Source: Candidatus Eiseniibacteriota bacterium
Lineage (GTDB): Bacteria > Eisenbacteria > RBG-16-71-46
DNA length: 64,000 bases
Assembly (NCBI GenBank): GCA_036522895.1
Contig: DATDEX010000279.1
Span: 5,793-69,792, forward strand
Reading direction: 5' to 3'
Part shown: piece by piece, positions 10,246 to 20,700 of the stretch
How positions within the stretch are numbered: position 1 is the stretch's first letter
How the letters are laid out: each line of letters starts with the position of its first letter
The notes under the pieces: generated by a model
Databases searched by the model: none
What the model was told of the DNA's origin: nothing
Seen by the model: the letters and a program-made list of their open reading frames with translations, nothing else
Translations under genes and position numbers: made by a program

Positions 10246-11511
10246 CTAGCGGTAGTGCGCCTTGACCGAGCCCCACGTCGAGCGCGTCGTCCCGATGGGC
10301 TGGCCCGGCGATTCCGTCACGACGATGTCGGCGTTGGGAGTGTTCGGCTCGCCGACGAGATTCAGGGTGCCGTCGCCATCGGTGTCCTTGAGCCAGGCAA
10401 ACTGCGGCGGTCCCCCGGTGCCCTTCGTGTCGCTCGTCTGATCCCGGTCGGACGAGTGGACGATGAACGGCTGGCCGAGAATCGTGCCTGCGCACAGCAC
10501 CTGGACCCAGTGGCCGCCGCCCGGTGGCCTGGGGTTCGTGTAGCCGAGCTCGACGTCCTCACCCTTGCAGATCTCGCTGAAGATGAACGCGGCCGTAGGG
10601 TTGCCCGGGTGCCGCGTCGCGACGCGACCCGCGGCGGTGAAGTTGCCCGCGGGCGGGTCGCCGTCGAGCGTGGCCATGAAATCCGCGGTGAGGCCGAGGT
10701 TGCTGTTCGAAAGGTAGGTGAGCTTGCCCTTGAGGAACGATGCGTCCGTGACCGGGCTCCCGCTCCGGCGATTCGTGAATGCGCGCGTCATCGTTCCGTC
10801 GAGCTTGCCCACGACCGTGCCGTCGTTTCCGAGCCCCATGCCGCAATTGTCGGGCAGGACGATGCCGCCGTACGTCGCCTTGAGCCAGCAGAGACTGTTG
10901 GAACACGCCGCCGGCCCGCACTGGTTGTCGGCGGCTTCGATGTTCGGATGCCCCGGCTCGCAGCACAGGCTGAATCCCCCGCCGGCGACGAACTGGATCA
11001 CGGCCACGGGCGGCGGAGCCGGCGGCCCCACGAGCGGCACACCGGTGTCCTTACCCTGTCCGCTGAACGTCGTCGGACCCACCGGATAGCTGGTACTCGG
11101 GGGCCCGGAGAAGAACGTCACCGGTGCGGGGGAGTAATCGACGAACAGGCCGATCGAGGAGATCGGTCCCGGGGCGCCGAGGTCGAACACGATTGACGTG
11201 CCGGGGTAGGGCGAGCCCGCGAAGATCGGAAGATTCTGGACGACCCACCCGGAAGCGCTCGCGACATTGATGTAGCCGGAGGACAGGCCGGTCGCGGCGA
11301 AAAGCGTGGCCTGATCCGCCTCGATCACGCCGGTCTGGGAGTCGGGGAACGGATTCGTCGGCCAATCGAAACTGACCTGGGAGACGTTCACGCCCTGACC
11401 GGGAAGCACCGTGACAGCGGAGGCGAGGCGGGGAACGACGAGACCCGTGACCAGGACCGCCACGACACGGGCGAACGACGTGAACTCACTTAGTAGCCGA
11501 CGAGTCGTCAT
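10246..11511 (-). CDS. secreted Cys-rich hypothetical protein
   Basis: 421 aa with an N-terminal signal/TM (RVVAVLVTGLVVPRLASA). It has a Cys-rich core (CCEPGHPNIEAADNQCGPAACSNSLC) and ends in WGSVKAHYR. No recognisable catalytic motif. Confidence 0.45.
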   Translation of the reverse strand: MTTRRLLSEFTSFARVVAVLVTGLVVPRLASAVTVLPGQGVNVSQVSFDWPTNPFPDSQTGVIEADQATLFAATGLSSGYINVASASGWVVQNLPIFAGSPYPGTSIVFDLGAPGPISSIGLFVDYSPAPVTFFSGPPSTSYPVGPTTFSGQGKDTGVPLVGPPAPPPVAVIQFVAGGGFSLCCEPGHPNIEAADNQCGPAACSNSLCWLKATYGGIVLPDNCGMGLGNDGTVVGKLDGTMTRAFTNRRSGSPVTDASFLKGKLTYLSNSNLGLTADFMATLDGDPPAGNFTAAGRVATRHPGNPTAAFIFSEICKGEDVELGYTNPRPPGGGHWVQVLCAGTILGQPFIVHSSDRDQTSDTKGTGGPPQFAWLKDTDGDGTLNLVGEPNTPNADIVVTESPGQPIGTTRSTWGSVKAHYR

Positions 11512-11837
11512 GGTTTCGCTCTCCTGTACGCATCGAACGCGGATGTAGTTCTTGGAGACGAGTTGACCCCGCGTGCGGCTAGCGACGCGGCGATGGAAGG
11601 GTAGGAGCGTGGGTTAGGCGAAGCAATGGCGGAATGCTGCGTTGTTCGTCTGCCCGCCGCTCGGGTTCGTGACGGGCAGCCCGGGTCGTCCACATTCGAG
11701 CGTCGGCGTGGAGACGGCTTGTGAGTTCCAACTCGGAGTGTCGCTCACAGACTCACGTGGCGGACGAGAACCTGGACCGCTACCGCGCCCGGTCGTTGCC
11801 CTACTGACTCGCTCACCCTGAGTTGATGCAACGTCAG

Positions 11838-12968
11838 TCAGCTTCCTCCACGTGTCGCCCCCGCGAGCAGCATCGCCCCCGCCATCCCGCCCGCGGCGCA
11901 GATGCTGATGAGCCCGTGGCGGGCCCGGCGCCGCGCCATCTCGTTGGCGAGCGTGGTCACGATCCGCCCGCCGGTCGCCGCCCACGGGTGCCCGATCGCC
12001 ACCGAGCTGCCGTTCACGTTGATCCGAGCCCAGTCGACCGCGCCCGTCGCCTCACCCTTCCAGCCCCGCTCCCAGGCAGCGACGTTCGCCAGCACCTGGG
12101 CCGCGAACGCTTCGTGAACCTCGATCAGATCCACGTCGGACAGCGGGAGCCCCGCGCGCTTAAGGAGTCGCGGCACGGCGATCGCCGGCGCCATGAGCAG
12201 GCCCTCCGCGGGATCGATCGCGGCGTACTCGATGCCTTCGATCCAGGCCAGCGGCTCGCGCCCCTCCGCGCGGACGCGGCGTTCGGACATGAGCAGCACG
12301 GCCGAGGCGCCATCGGTGACCGGCGAGGCGTTGCCGGCGGTGATGGTTCCGTCCGTGGCGAACGCTGGCTTGAGCGCCGCGAGCTGCTCGAGCGTCGTGG
12401 TGGGACGCGGCCCGGTGTCCTGGGTGATGCCTTCGAGCGGCACGATCTCGTGCGCGAGCTTCTCGCGCGCGGCCACGGCGTTGCGATGGCTCGCGAGCGC
12501 CACCTCGTCCTGCCGCTCGCGCGGGATCTGCCACTCGCGGCGGGTGAGCTCCATGTGCTCGCCCATCGAGAGGCCCGTGGTGGGCTCGCGGAACGTCGCG
12601 GGATCCGCGCCGGAGAGCCATTCGACCCCGCCCGCGATCCCGCACTCGATGCGCTCGCCGGCGATCGCATCCGCGATGACCGTGACGGCGCGGAGCCCGC
12701 TGATACAGTAGGAGGAGATCGTCTGCCCCTCGATGTGCGCGGGGAGCCCGGACTCGAGCACGATCTCACGCGCCAGGTTGGGTTTGCCCGGCTCGGGCAC
12801 CACCGTTCCCATGGCGATCGCCTCGACGCCCGCCGCGTTCACGTTGTGCCGCTCGAGCAGCCCGCGGACCGCGTGCTTCGCGAGCGCAAGCGGGCCGAGG
12901 GATGCGAACGCCTTGCCGGCTTTGACGAACGGCGTTCGGGCGCCGGCGACGATGGCGACGCGTTGCAT
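11838..12968 (-). CDS. acetyl-CoA C-acetyltransferase (thiolase II family)
   Basis: 376 aa. It starts MQRVAIVAGARTPF with an active-site Cys region, and its C-terminal 'NVNGSSVAIGHPWAATGGRIV' and 'ICAAGGMAGAMLL' blocks are typical thiolase signatures. Confidence 0.85.
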   Translation of the reverse strand: MQRVAIVAGARTPFVKAGKAFASLGPLALAKHAVRGLLERHNVNAAGVEAIAMGTVVPEPGKPNLAREIVLESGLPAHIEGQTISSYCISGLRAVTVIADAIAGERIECGIAGGVEWLSGADPATFREPTTGLSMGEHMELTRREWQIPRERQDEVALASHRNAVAAREKLAHEIVPLEGITQDTGPRPTTTLEQLAALKPAFATDGTITAGNASPVTDGASAVLLMSERRVRAEGREPLAWIEGIEYAAIDPAEGLLMAPAIAVPRLLKRAGLPLSDVDLIEVHEAFAAQVLANVAAWERGWKGEATGAVDWARINVNGSSVAIGHPWAATGGRIVTTLANEMARRRARHGLISICAAGGMAGAMLLAGATRGGS

Positions 12969-13213
12969 CCAATCCTCCTTGCATGTTCGGCGAAGATGTT
13001 CGGAAACGATCTGGGGACAATCCAGTCGGAGTGACGCTCTCTAACAATCGGCGGCGCAGATTGAGATGCGCGCTCGTGCGGCCGGGGTGCAGGGCCGCGC
13101 GCCGGCTCGTCGCCCCGGGAGAGGGCCCGAGCATGCTTACCGTGTACGCCGCGACAGATTATCATCCGCATCCGAGCATTCCGGCGCACTCAAACCTCAC
13201 CACGGCGAGACCC

Positions 13214-14581
13214 ATGCCCTCCCCAACCTCTTACCTCTCCGACCACCAGCCCCGCTTCCTCGCCGAGCTTCTCGATTTCCTCCGCATCCCGAGCATCTCC
13301 GCGATCTCGGCGCACGCCGCCGACGTTCGCCGCGCCGCCGACTGGGTGGCCGCGCGCGTCACCGCCGCGGGCATGGAGCACGTGCAGATCCTGCCCACCG
13401 GTGGCCACCCGGTCGTCTACGCCGACTGGCTCCACGCGCCGGGCAAGCCCACGATTCTGATCTACGGACACTTCGACGTTCAGCCCGTCGACCCGCTCGA
13501 CCTGTGGACGAGCCCGCCGTTCGTGCCCGTGGTGCGCGACGACAAGGTGTTCGCCCGCGGCGCCACCGACGACAAGGGCAACATGCTGGTACCCATCCTC
13601 GCGGTCGAGGCGCTGCTCAACTCCACGCACGCGTTGCCGGTCAATCTCAAGTTCTTCTTCGAGGGCCAGGAGGAGATCGGGAGCCCGCAGCTCGGCGAGT
13701 TCGTTCCAGAACACAAGCGCCTCCTCGCCTGCGACATGGTGGTGAGCTCCGACGGCGTCCAGTGGAGCCCGACGCAGCCGCTCATCCTGGTGGGCCTGCG
13801 CGGTGGCTGCGGCATCGAGCTCACGGTCAAGGCCGCCCGCGCCGACCTCCACTCCGGCCTCTACGGCGGCACGGTGCAGAACCCGATTCACGCGCTGAGC
13901 ACACTCATCGCCTCGATGCACGACGCCGAGGGCCGCGTGAGCGTCCCCGGCTTCTACGACGACGTGCTGCCGCTGAGCGCGCTCCAGCGCGAGCGCATCG
14001 CGAAGGTGCCCTACGACGAATCCGCCGAGATCGCGAGCCTCGGCGTGCCCGGGCTCTTCGGCGAGGCCGGCTACACCCCGCGCGAACGCGTCTGGGCCCG
14101 GCCGACGCTCGAGGTGAACGGCATCTGGGGCGGCTTCCAGGGCGAGGGCATCAAGACCGTGCTGCCGAGCGAAGCGCACGCCAAGATCACCTGCCGCCTC
14201 GTCGCCAACCAGGATCCCTCGCGCGTGGTCGAGCGCCTGCTCGCACATGTCACAAGCCACACGCCGCCGGGCGTCACCGCTACGGCCACACCTCTCGCGT
14301 TCCGGGCCCACCCGTACCTGGTGCCCGAGGACGAGCCCAGCTTCGCCGCGGTGCGCGAGGTACTGGTCGAAATCTACGGAAAGGAGCCGTATTACGTGCG
14401 CACCGGCGGATCGATTCCCGTGTGCAGCCTGTTCCAGCGCCATCTCGGTGCCTACACGGCCAGCTTCGCGTTCGGCCTCGAAGACGAGGGTGCCCACTCG
14501 CCCGACGAGTTCCTGCGGCTCGAGAGCTTCCGCAAGGGGCAGGACGCGTACTGTAGGCTGCTGAACAGGCTGGGAAGGTAG
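13214..14581 (+). CDS. M20-family dipeptidase (peptidase M20/DapE-like)
   Basis: Start chosen at MPSPTSY (ATG 13214) inside the longer ORF. 'ILIYGHFDVQPVDP...ARGATDDKGNM...FFFEGQEEIGSP' are metal-binding motifs of M20 dipeptidases. Confidence 0.8.
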   Translation: MPSPTSYLSDHQPRFLAELLDFLRIPSISAISAHAADVRRAADWVAARVTAAGMEHVQILPTGGHPVVYADWLHAPGKPTILIYGHFDVQPVDPLDLWTSPPFVPVVRDDKVFARGATDDKGNMLVPILAVEALLNSTHALPVNLKFFFEGQEEIGSPQLGEFVPEHKRLLACDMVVSSDGVQWSPTQPLILVGLRGGCGIELTVKAARADLHSGLYGGTVQNPIHALSTLIASMHDAEGRVSVPGFYDDVLPLSALQRERIAKVPYDESAEIASLGVPGLFGEAGYTPRERVWARPTLEVNGIWGGFQGEGIKTVLPSEAHAKITCRLVANQDPSRVVERLLAHVTSHTPPGVTATATPLAFRAHPYLVPEDEPSFAAVREVLVEIYGKEPYYVRTGGSIPVCSLFQRHLGAYTASFAFGLEDEGAHSPDEFLRLESFRKGQDAYCRLLNRLGR

Positions 14582-14703
14582 TTCAACCGCCCGGGCCATC
14601 GCGGCAACCTGCTGCCGCACTTGCCATTTCCGCTAATAAGCGTAGACTAGAGATCGCTTAATAAGCTGCCGCCTTCCGAAGGAACGCTGAATAGGGGGCC
14701 GGG

Positions 14704-15867
14704 GTGAAGCGATCGACGACCGGGGAGTACGTGACGACGGCGGTGGCGGGCGAGAGCATTCGCTCGTTCATCCCCAGTCCGCTGCCGCCCTCCCCGCCGC
14801 TCGACCTGCCGGGAGAGCTTGGTCATCGCCTCGACCGAGCGCACATCGCCCTCGGGCGTTTGGACGGTGTCTCCGGAACTCTGCCCGACCCGCACTTGTT
14901 CCTCTACGCCTACGTGCGCAAGGAAGCCGTGCTGTCGTCGCAGATCGAGGGCACGCAGTCCTCGCTCTCGGACCTTCTGCTCTTCGAACTGGACGAGGTG
15001 CCGGGCGTGCCGTTCGACGACGTGGTCGAGGTCTCGAACTACGTCGCCGCGCTCGAGTACGGGCTCGGGCGCATCCGCGCGGGGTTTCCGCTCTCGAACC
15101 GACTGATCTGCGAGGTGCATGCCAAGCTCCTCTCGAGAGGCCGCGGGCAGAACAAGTCCCCGGGCGAGTTCCGGCGCTCTCAGAACTGGATCGGTGGTTT
15201 CCGGCCCGGCGACGCCAACTTCGTGCCCCCGCCACCCCAGCGCGTGGACGAGTCGATGGCTGCGCTGGAGCGTTTCCTCCACGACGATCCGGTGAAGACC
15301 CCGACGCTGCTCAAGGCCGCTCTCGCGCATGTGCAGTTCGAGACCATCCATCCGTTCCTGGACGGCAACGGCCGCGTGGGGAGGCTGCTGATCCCGATGC
15401 TCCTCTGCATCGAGGGCGTGCTGCGCGAGCCGCTGCTCTACCTGAGCCTCTACCTCAAGCAGAACCGGGCTCGCTACTACGAGCTGCTCGATCGCGTGCG
15501 CGCCGAAGGTGACTGGGAGGAGTGGGTCGAGTTCTTCGCCATCGGCGTCGAGGAGACGGCGAACGGAGCCGTGGCCACGGCGCAACGGATGAACGACATG
15601 GCTCAGAAGGATCGCGCCGCGATCCAGGGAATTGGGCGTGTCGCGGGCTCCACGCTGCAGGTGCATCATGCGCTCCTGGCCCGGCCCATCAACACGATCG
15701 CCCGGATCTCCACGGATGCGAAGCTCTCGGTGCCCGCGGTGACGAGTGCGATCGCGGCCCTGCGGGAGCTCGGCCTCGTGCGAGAGATCACGGGGCGCAA
15801 ACGCGGGCGGGTGTTCGCATACGGGCCTTACCTCGAGGTGCTCCAGCAGGGCACGGAGCGCGCATGA
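14704..15867 (+). CDS. Fic-family protein (AMPylation fold) with N-terminal inhibitory helix and C-terminal winged helix
   Basis: 387 aa. It carries the Fic motif HPFLDGNGRVGRLL and the upstream inhibitory motif S-S-Q-I-E-G, i.e. (S/T)xxxE(G/N). Confidence 0.85.
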   Translation: MKRSTTGEYVTTAVAGESIRSFIPSPLPPSPPLDLPGELGHRLDRAHIALGRLDGVSGTLPDPHLFLYAYVRKEAVLSSQIEGTQSSLSDLLLFELDEVPGVPFDDVVEVSNYVAALEYGLGRIRAGFPLSNRLICEVHAKLLSRGRGQNKSPGEFRRSQNWIGGFRPGDANFVPPPPQRVDESMAALERFLHDDPVKTPTLLKAALAHVQFETIHPFLDGNGRVGRLLIPMLLCIEGVLREPLLYLSLYLKQNRARYYELLDRVRAEGDWEEWVEFFAIGVEETANGAVATAQRMNDMAQKDRAAIQGIGRVAGSTLQVHHALLARPINTIARISTDAKLSVPAVTSAIAALRELGLVREITGRKRGRVFAYGPYLEVLQQGTERA

Positions 15868-15901
15868 GGGCGAGGCGGGAAGACTCCATTGGAGGACAAC
15901 C

Positions 15902-16921
15902 ATGAAGCAACTGCCCGGCCGTCTGCTGTTCCTCGTCATGCCCGCCGCGCTGGCGGTGATGTGTGGTTGTGAGAGCGAAGCCACCAGGACCGCCAAGACC
16001 GCCGCCGCCCCCGGCGTGTACGACATCCACGAGAAGTACGTCGACGCGAACGGCGAGCTGATCTACGTCAAGTCGTTCGGGCGGGGCGAGCCGCTGGTCG
16101 TGGTGCACGGCGGCCCGGGCGCGTCGCACGATTACCTGCTGCCCTACTTGGTTCCGCTCGCGCGCAAGAACCGGCTCGTGTTCATCGACGAGCGCGGCTC
16201 GGGCAAGTCGCAGAAGCTCGAGGACCCCAAGGGTTACACGGTCGAGAACATGGTCGAGGACGTCGAGGCCGTGCGCCGCTCGCTCGACCTGGGCAAGATC
16301 AACCTGCTCGGCCACTCCTACGGCGGCGTGCTGGCGCAGGCCTACGCGTTCAAGTACCCGGTCAACCTGCGCCACCTGGTGCTCTGCAGCACGTTCCACA
16401 GCACGAAGGCGCTCAATGCGCTGTTCGTGCAGATGAAGTCGCGCATGCCGGCCGACCTGCGCGCGCGCATCGACAAAGCGGAGAAGTCCGGCCTCTACGG
16501 GCAGGGCCACGAGTGGGAGAAGGGCCGCTACCCGACGAGCTACATGAACGACGCGTGGGGCGGCGGCTACTTCCAATACCTCTACCAGAACCATCCTGAC
16601 GCCAACTTCGACCCGGTCGCCAACGGCATCATGTCGTGGGACCTCTATCGCGAAATGTGGGGCTCGCACGGCGAGTTCGTGATTGACGGCAACCTCACGA
16701 GCGTCGAGTACGCGGACCGGTTGAAGTCGCTCGAGATACCCACGCTCATCACCGCCGGCGATCACGACGAGTGCGACCCCTCGATCGCGCACGCAATGAA
16801 CTCGCTCATCCCGGGCTCCAAGCTCGTCGTGTTCCCGCACAGCGGCCACATGACGTTCGTGGACCAGCCGGGGCTGTTCGTGAGCGCGGTGAACGACTTC
16901 CTGCACCCCGCGACCGAGTAG
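15902..16921 (+). CDS. alpha/beta-hydrolase, prolyl aminopeptidase (S33)-like lipoprotein
   Basis: Start at MKQLPGR (ATG 15902). It has a lipobox-like LAVMCGC, 'VVVHGGPGASHDY', a GHSYGG nucleophile elbow and a C-terminal HSGHMTF His. Confidence 0.7.
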   Translation: MKQLPGRLLFLVMPAALAVMCGCESEATRTAKTAAAPGVYDIHEKYVDANGELIYVKSFGRGEPLVVVHGGPGASHDYLLPYLVPLARKNRLVFIDERGSGKSQKLEDPKGYTVENMVEDVEAVRRSLDLGKINLLGHSYGGVLAQAYAFKYPVNLRHLVLCSTFHSTKALNALFVQMKSRMPADLRARIDKAEKSGLYGQGHEWEKGRYPTSYMNDAWGGGYFQYLYQNHPDANFDPVANGIMSWDLYREMWGSHGEFVIDGNLTSVEYADRLKSLEIPTLITAGDHDECDPSIAHAMNSLIPGSKLVVFPHSGHMTFVDQPGLFVSAVNDFLHPATE

Positions 16922-16934
16922 GGCGATCGGAACG

Positions 16935-17702
16935 ATGCTGATCCGCTTCGACGGCCGCACGGCCATCGTCACCGGCGCCGCGCACGGCCTCGGCCGCGCG
17001 ATCGCGCTGGCGCTGGCCGAGCGGGGCGCCCACGTGGTCGGCTGCGACGTGCTCGCCGATGAGTTGGCGGCCACCGCGAAGCTCGCCGCGGCGGAGGGCG
17101 GCTCGCTCGAGGCCCGTCCGCTCGACGTGACCGATCGCGCCGCCGTGCACGCCATGGCGAGCGAAACGTTCGCCGCACGCGGCCGGATCGACGTGCTGGT
17201 GAACGATGCCGGTGGCGTCGCGGGGCAGGTGGGCCGGCCGCTCGAACAAGTGACGGAGGCCGACTGGCGCGCGATCGTGGGCGTGAACCTCGACGGCGCG
17301 TTCCATTGCAGCCAGGCCGTGGCGCCGGCCATGAAGGCGGCGCACTGGGGGCGGATCGTGAACATCTCGAGTGGCGCGGGCCTCGGCGTGAGCCTGACCG
17401 GCATCCAGGCCTACGCCGCGGCCAAGGCCGCGCAGATCGGGCTCACGCGGCAGCTCGCGCACGAGCTGGGGCCGTGGGGCATCACCGTGAACGCCGTGGC
17501 GCCGGGATTCGTGCGCAGCAATCCGACCACCGAGCGGCAGTGGCTCGCGCTCGGCGAAGAGGGCCAGCAGCGGCTGGTCGAGGGCATCGCGACGCGACGC
17601 CTGGGCACGCCCGAAGACATCGTGCACGGCGTGCTCTACTTCGCGAGCGAGCAGGCGAGCTGGGTCACGGGGCAGACGCTGGCGATCGACGGGGGGAAGT
17701 GA
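16935..17702 (+). CDS. SDR-family oxidoreductase (FabG-like)
   Basis: 255 aa with TGAAHGLGRAIA Rossmann motif, an NISSGAG block and the YAAAKAA (YxxxK) catalytic motif. Confidence 0.8.
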   Translation: MLIRFDGRTAIVTGAAHGLGRAIALALAERGAHVVGCDVLADELAATAKLAAAEGGSLEARPLDVTDRAAVHAMASETFAARGRIDVLVNDAGGVAGQVGRPLEQVTEADWRAIVGVNLDGAFHCSQAVAPAMKAAHWGRIVNISSGAGLGVSLTGIQAYAAAKAAQIGLTRQLAHELGPWGITVNAVAPGFVRSNPTTERQWLALGEEGQQRLVEGIATRRLGTPEDIVHGVLYFASEQASWVTGQTLAIDGGK

Positions 17703-17751
17703 CCGCTATCCAGCAATCGTTTCCCGCGGGCCGTCCGCACTCCACGACCCG

Positions 17752-20700
17752 CTACGACCCCGACTCGATCGGCTTCATCCCCGCCCCCGTCAGCTTCGCA
17801 TTGAGCGCCGGCAGCTCCGTGGCGACGAACTTCTCCCACGCGGCAATCGCCGCGTCCACCATCGGCAGCAGTTTTGCGACGCCTTCGCGCGCGTCCGGTG
17901 ACGGGGCGACGTCGGCGCCCTCGACCGCCTCACGCAGGTTGCCGAGCGCGCCCGCGAGCCAGCGCAGGCTCTCGAGGTGTTTGGGCGGAAACGCGAACGC
18001 GTTCGCCGGGTTCGTGCTCGGCTCGCTTCCCGAGAGCGCGGTGAGCCGCGCCTGGAACGCATCGAGCACGGCAACGATCGGGGCCTGCGCCCCGCCGCGG
18101 CGGGCGGTGAGCTCCTTCTGGAGCTTGCCGGCGGCGTCCGCGGCCTTGGCGAGCCGCACCGAGCCCAGCTCGATCTGGCGCGCCAGATCGAACTGCTCCC
18201 GGTACGCGGCGGGCTCGAGTTTCACGCGCGGATCCGGCGCCAGCGTCAGCGGGCGCGTGAGCGCCTGGCCCGCCACGGTCAGCGTTACCGTGTAGTCGCC
18301 CGGCGGCGCCCACGCGCCGTCGGTCCCGCGCCCGGGGCGCCCTCCGACCGCGCCCTGCGGCGCGTAGTGGAGCGACCACACGAAGCGATGCATGCCGGCG
18401 GTTGCGGCGAGTCGGCGCGCCGGCGTGATCCACTGCGGCGCGGTGGGCATGTGGGCCGGGTCCGGCGGCGCGGTCGAGTCGGCGCTCGACCAGTGCTGGA
18501 CGAGCTGTCCCGCGGCGTCGTGAATCTCGAGCGTCACCGGCTGCGTCGCGCCGGCGCCCAGCACGTAATCGATCCATGCGCCCGCGGGCGGGTTGGGGGC
18601 CATGGGCTCGTCCTTGGGCATCGGCGTGCCGGTGAAGTGGGCGGGCCGCTCGCGAAACGTCTTCGCGGGCGCGTAGAGCCAGGCCGCGGCGGCGGCCACC
18701 TTGGCCTCCACCTGGCGCAGCGGCGCAACCCCGTCCAGCACCCAGATGCCGCGGCCGTGCGTCGCGATCACCAGGTCGTCCTCGTGGACGACGAGGTCGC
18801 GCACCGAGGTGACCGGCAGGCCGAGCTGCAACGACTGCCAGTGGTCGCCGTCGTCGAACGAGACGTACACGCCCTCCTCGGTCGCCGCGTAGAGGAGCCC
18901 TCGGCGCAAGGGATCCTCGCGCACGGCATTGACGAAGTGGTCGGCGGGGATGCCGCTCGCCACCCACTGCCAGCTCCTCCCGCCGTCACGCGTGCGGTAG
19001 ATGTAGGGCTTGCGATCGTCCAGCCGGTGCCGGTCCACGGCTAGGTAGGCGGCCTCGGCGTCGAAGTGCGAGGCCTCGATGATCCCGACCTTCGACCAGG
19101 GCGTGAGCGCGCCGGGCGTCACGTTCGCCCAGTGCGCCCCGTCGTCGCGCGTGCGCCACACGAGGCCGTCGTCGGTGCCCGCCCAGAGGTCGTGGTCGGC
19201 GAGCGCCGAGGGCGCGAGCGCGTACACCACCCCGCGCCGCGGCCCGAGGCCCAGGTCGTGCGCGGCGCTCACCCGGTCGAGGTTGGCGGGGGCACCTGGA
19301 GCCTCGCGGGTCAGGTCGGGGCTGATCACGGTCCAGTGCTCGCCGCGATCTTCCGTGCGGAACACTTTCTGGCGCGCGAAGTAGAGCACGTGCGGGTCGC
19401 GGCGCGAGAAGGCGAGTGGCAGCGTCCAGGTGGTCCGCCACTGGTCGGGCAGCGGGAGCGTCGGGTCGATCGAGTGCACCTGGTCCGTGCGCGAGTCGTA
19501 GCGGTCCACCGTGCCCCCGTAGAGCACCTCGGGATCGAGCGGGTCGGGCACGAGGTACTGCGATTCGCCGCCCGGGGTGAGCTCGCGGAACTGCTCGAGC
19601 GTGACGCCGTCCACCGTGCTCGTGCGGCTCGGCAGGCCGACCGCGCCCGCGTCCTGCTGCGCGCCGTAGACCCAGTAGGGGAACCGGTTGTCGGCGGAAA
19701 CGTGGTAGATCTGCGCCGTCGGCTGGTTGTACCAGGAGCTCCAGCTCCGGCCGCCGTCGGTGCTCACGATCGTGCCCTGGTCCGTGCCCAGCACGCGGCT
19801 CTCCGGGTTCGTCGGATCGATCCACAGCGTGTGGAAGTCGTCGCCCGTGGCGTCGCCTTCGATGGGCGCGAAGGACGAACCGCCGTCCGTCGAGCGGAGG
19901 AGGAGCGTGTTGCACACGTAGACCACGTCGGCGTTCTCCGGCTCCACGGTGACGCCGCTGAAATACCAGCCGCGCTGCCAGATCCGCGTGTCGGAGCTGG
20001 TCCGCCTCCAGTGTGCGCCGCGATCGTCGGAGCGGTAGAGCCCGCCCGAGTCGGCGTCGACCACCGCGTACAGGCGCGCGGGCTCGCTCGGCGCCACCGC
20101 GAGGCCGATGCGACCGGGCGACGCGGCAAAGCCGTTGCCGGCGAGCTTCGCCCAGTGCTCGCCGCCGTCGGTCGACTTGTAGAGCCCCGAGCCGGGGCCG
20201 CTCGAGGGGGGATAGATGTTCCACGGCGTCCGCCGCGCCTGCCAGAGCGCCGCGTAGAGAACGCGCGGATCGTCGGGGGCGAGCACCACGTCGATCGCGC
20301 CCGTGTTCGCGTCGGGACCGAGCACCTTGGTCCAGTGCGCGCCGCCGTCGCGCGTGCGGAACACGCCGCGCTCGGCGTTGGGGCCATAGGGGTGGCCGAG
20401 GGCGGCGACCCACGCGACGTTCGCGTCGTGCGGGTCCACCTGGATGCGTCCGATCTGCTGGCTGTCGCCCAGGCCGTCGAAGCGCCACGTCGCGCCGCCG
20501 TCGTCCGAGCGGTAGACGCCTTTGCCCTGTGAGATGTCGGAGCGCATATCGGCTTCGCCGGTGCCGGCGTAGATCACGCGCGGATTCGAGGGCGCAATGG
20601 CGAGCGCGCCGATCGAGCCCACGGGCGCCGTGCCGAAGATCGGCCGCCACGTGCGCCCGGCGTTCGTGCTCTCCCACACGCCGCCGTTGACCGCGCCGAA

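Noticed and set aside
12983-13213. N-terminal 77-codon extension of the M20 dipeptidase ORF
   Set aside because: The extension is R-rich junk overlapping the thiolase gene end. The conserved dipeptidase sequence begins at MPSPTSY (13214).
15746-15901. N-terminal extension of the alpha/beta-hydrolase ORF (start 15746)
   Set aside because: It overlaps the Fic gene 3' end. The signal-peptide/lipobox logic starts at MKQLPGR (15902).
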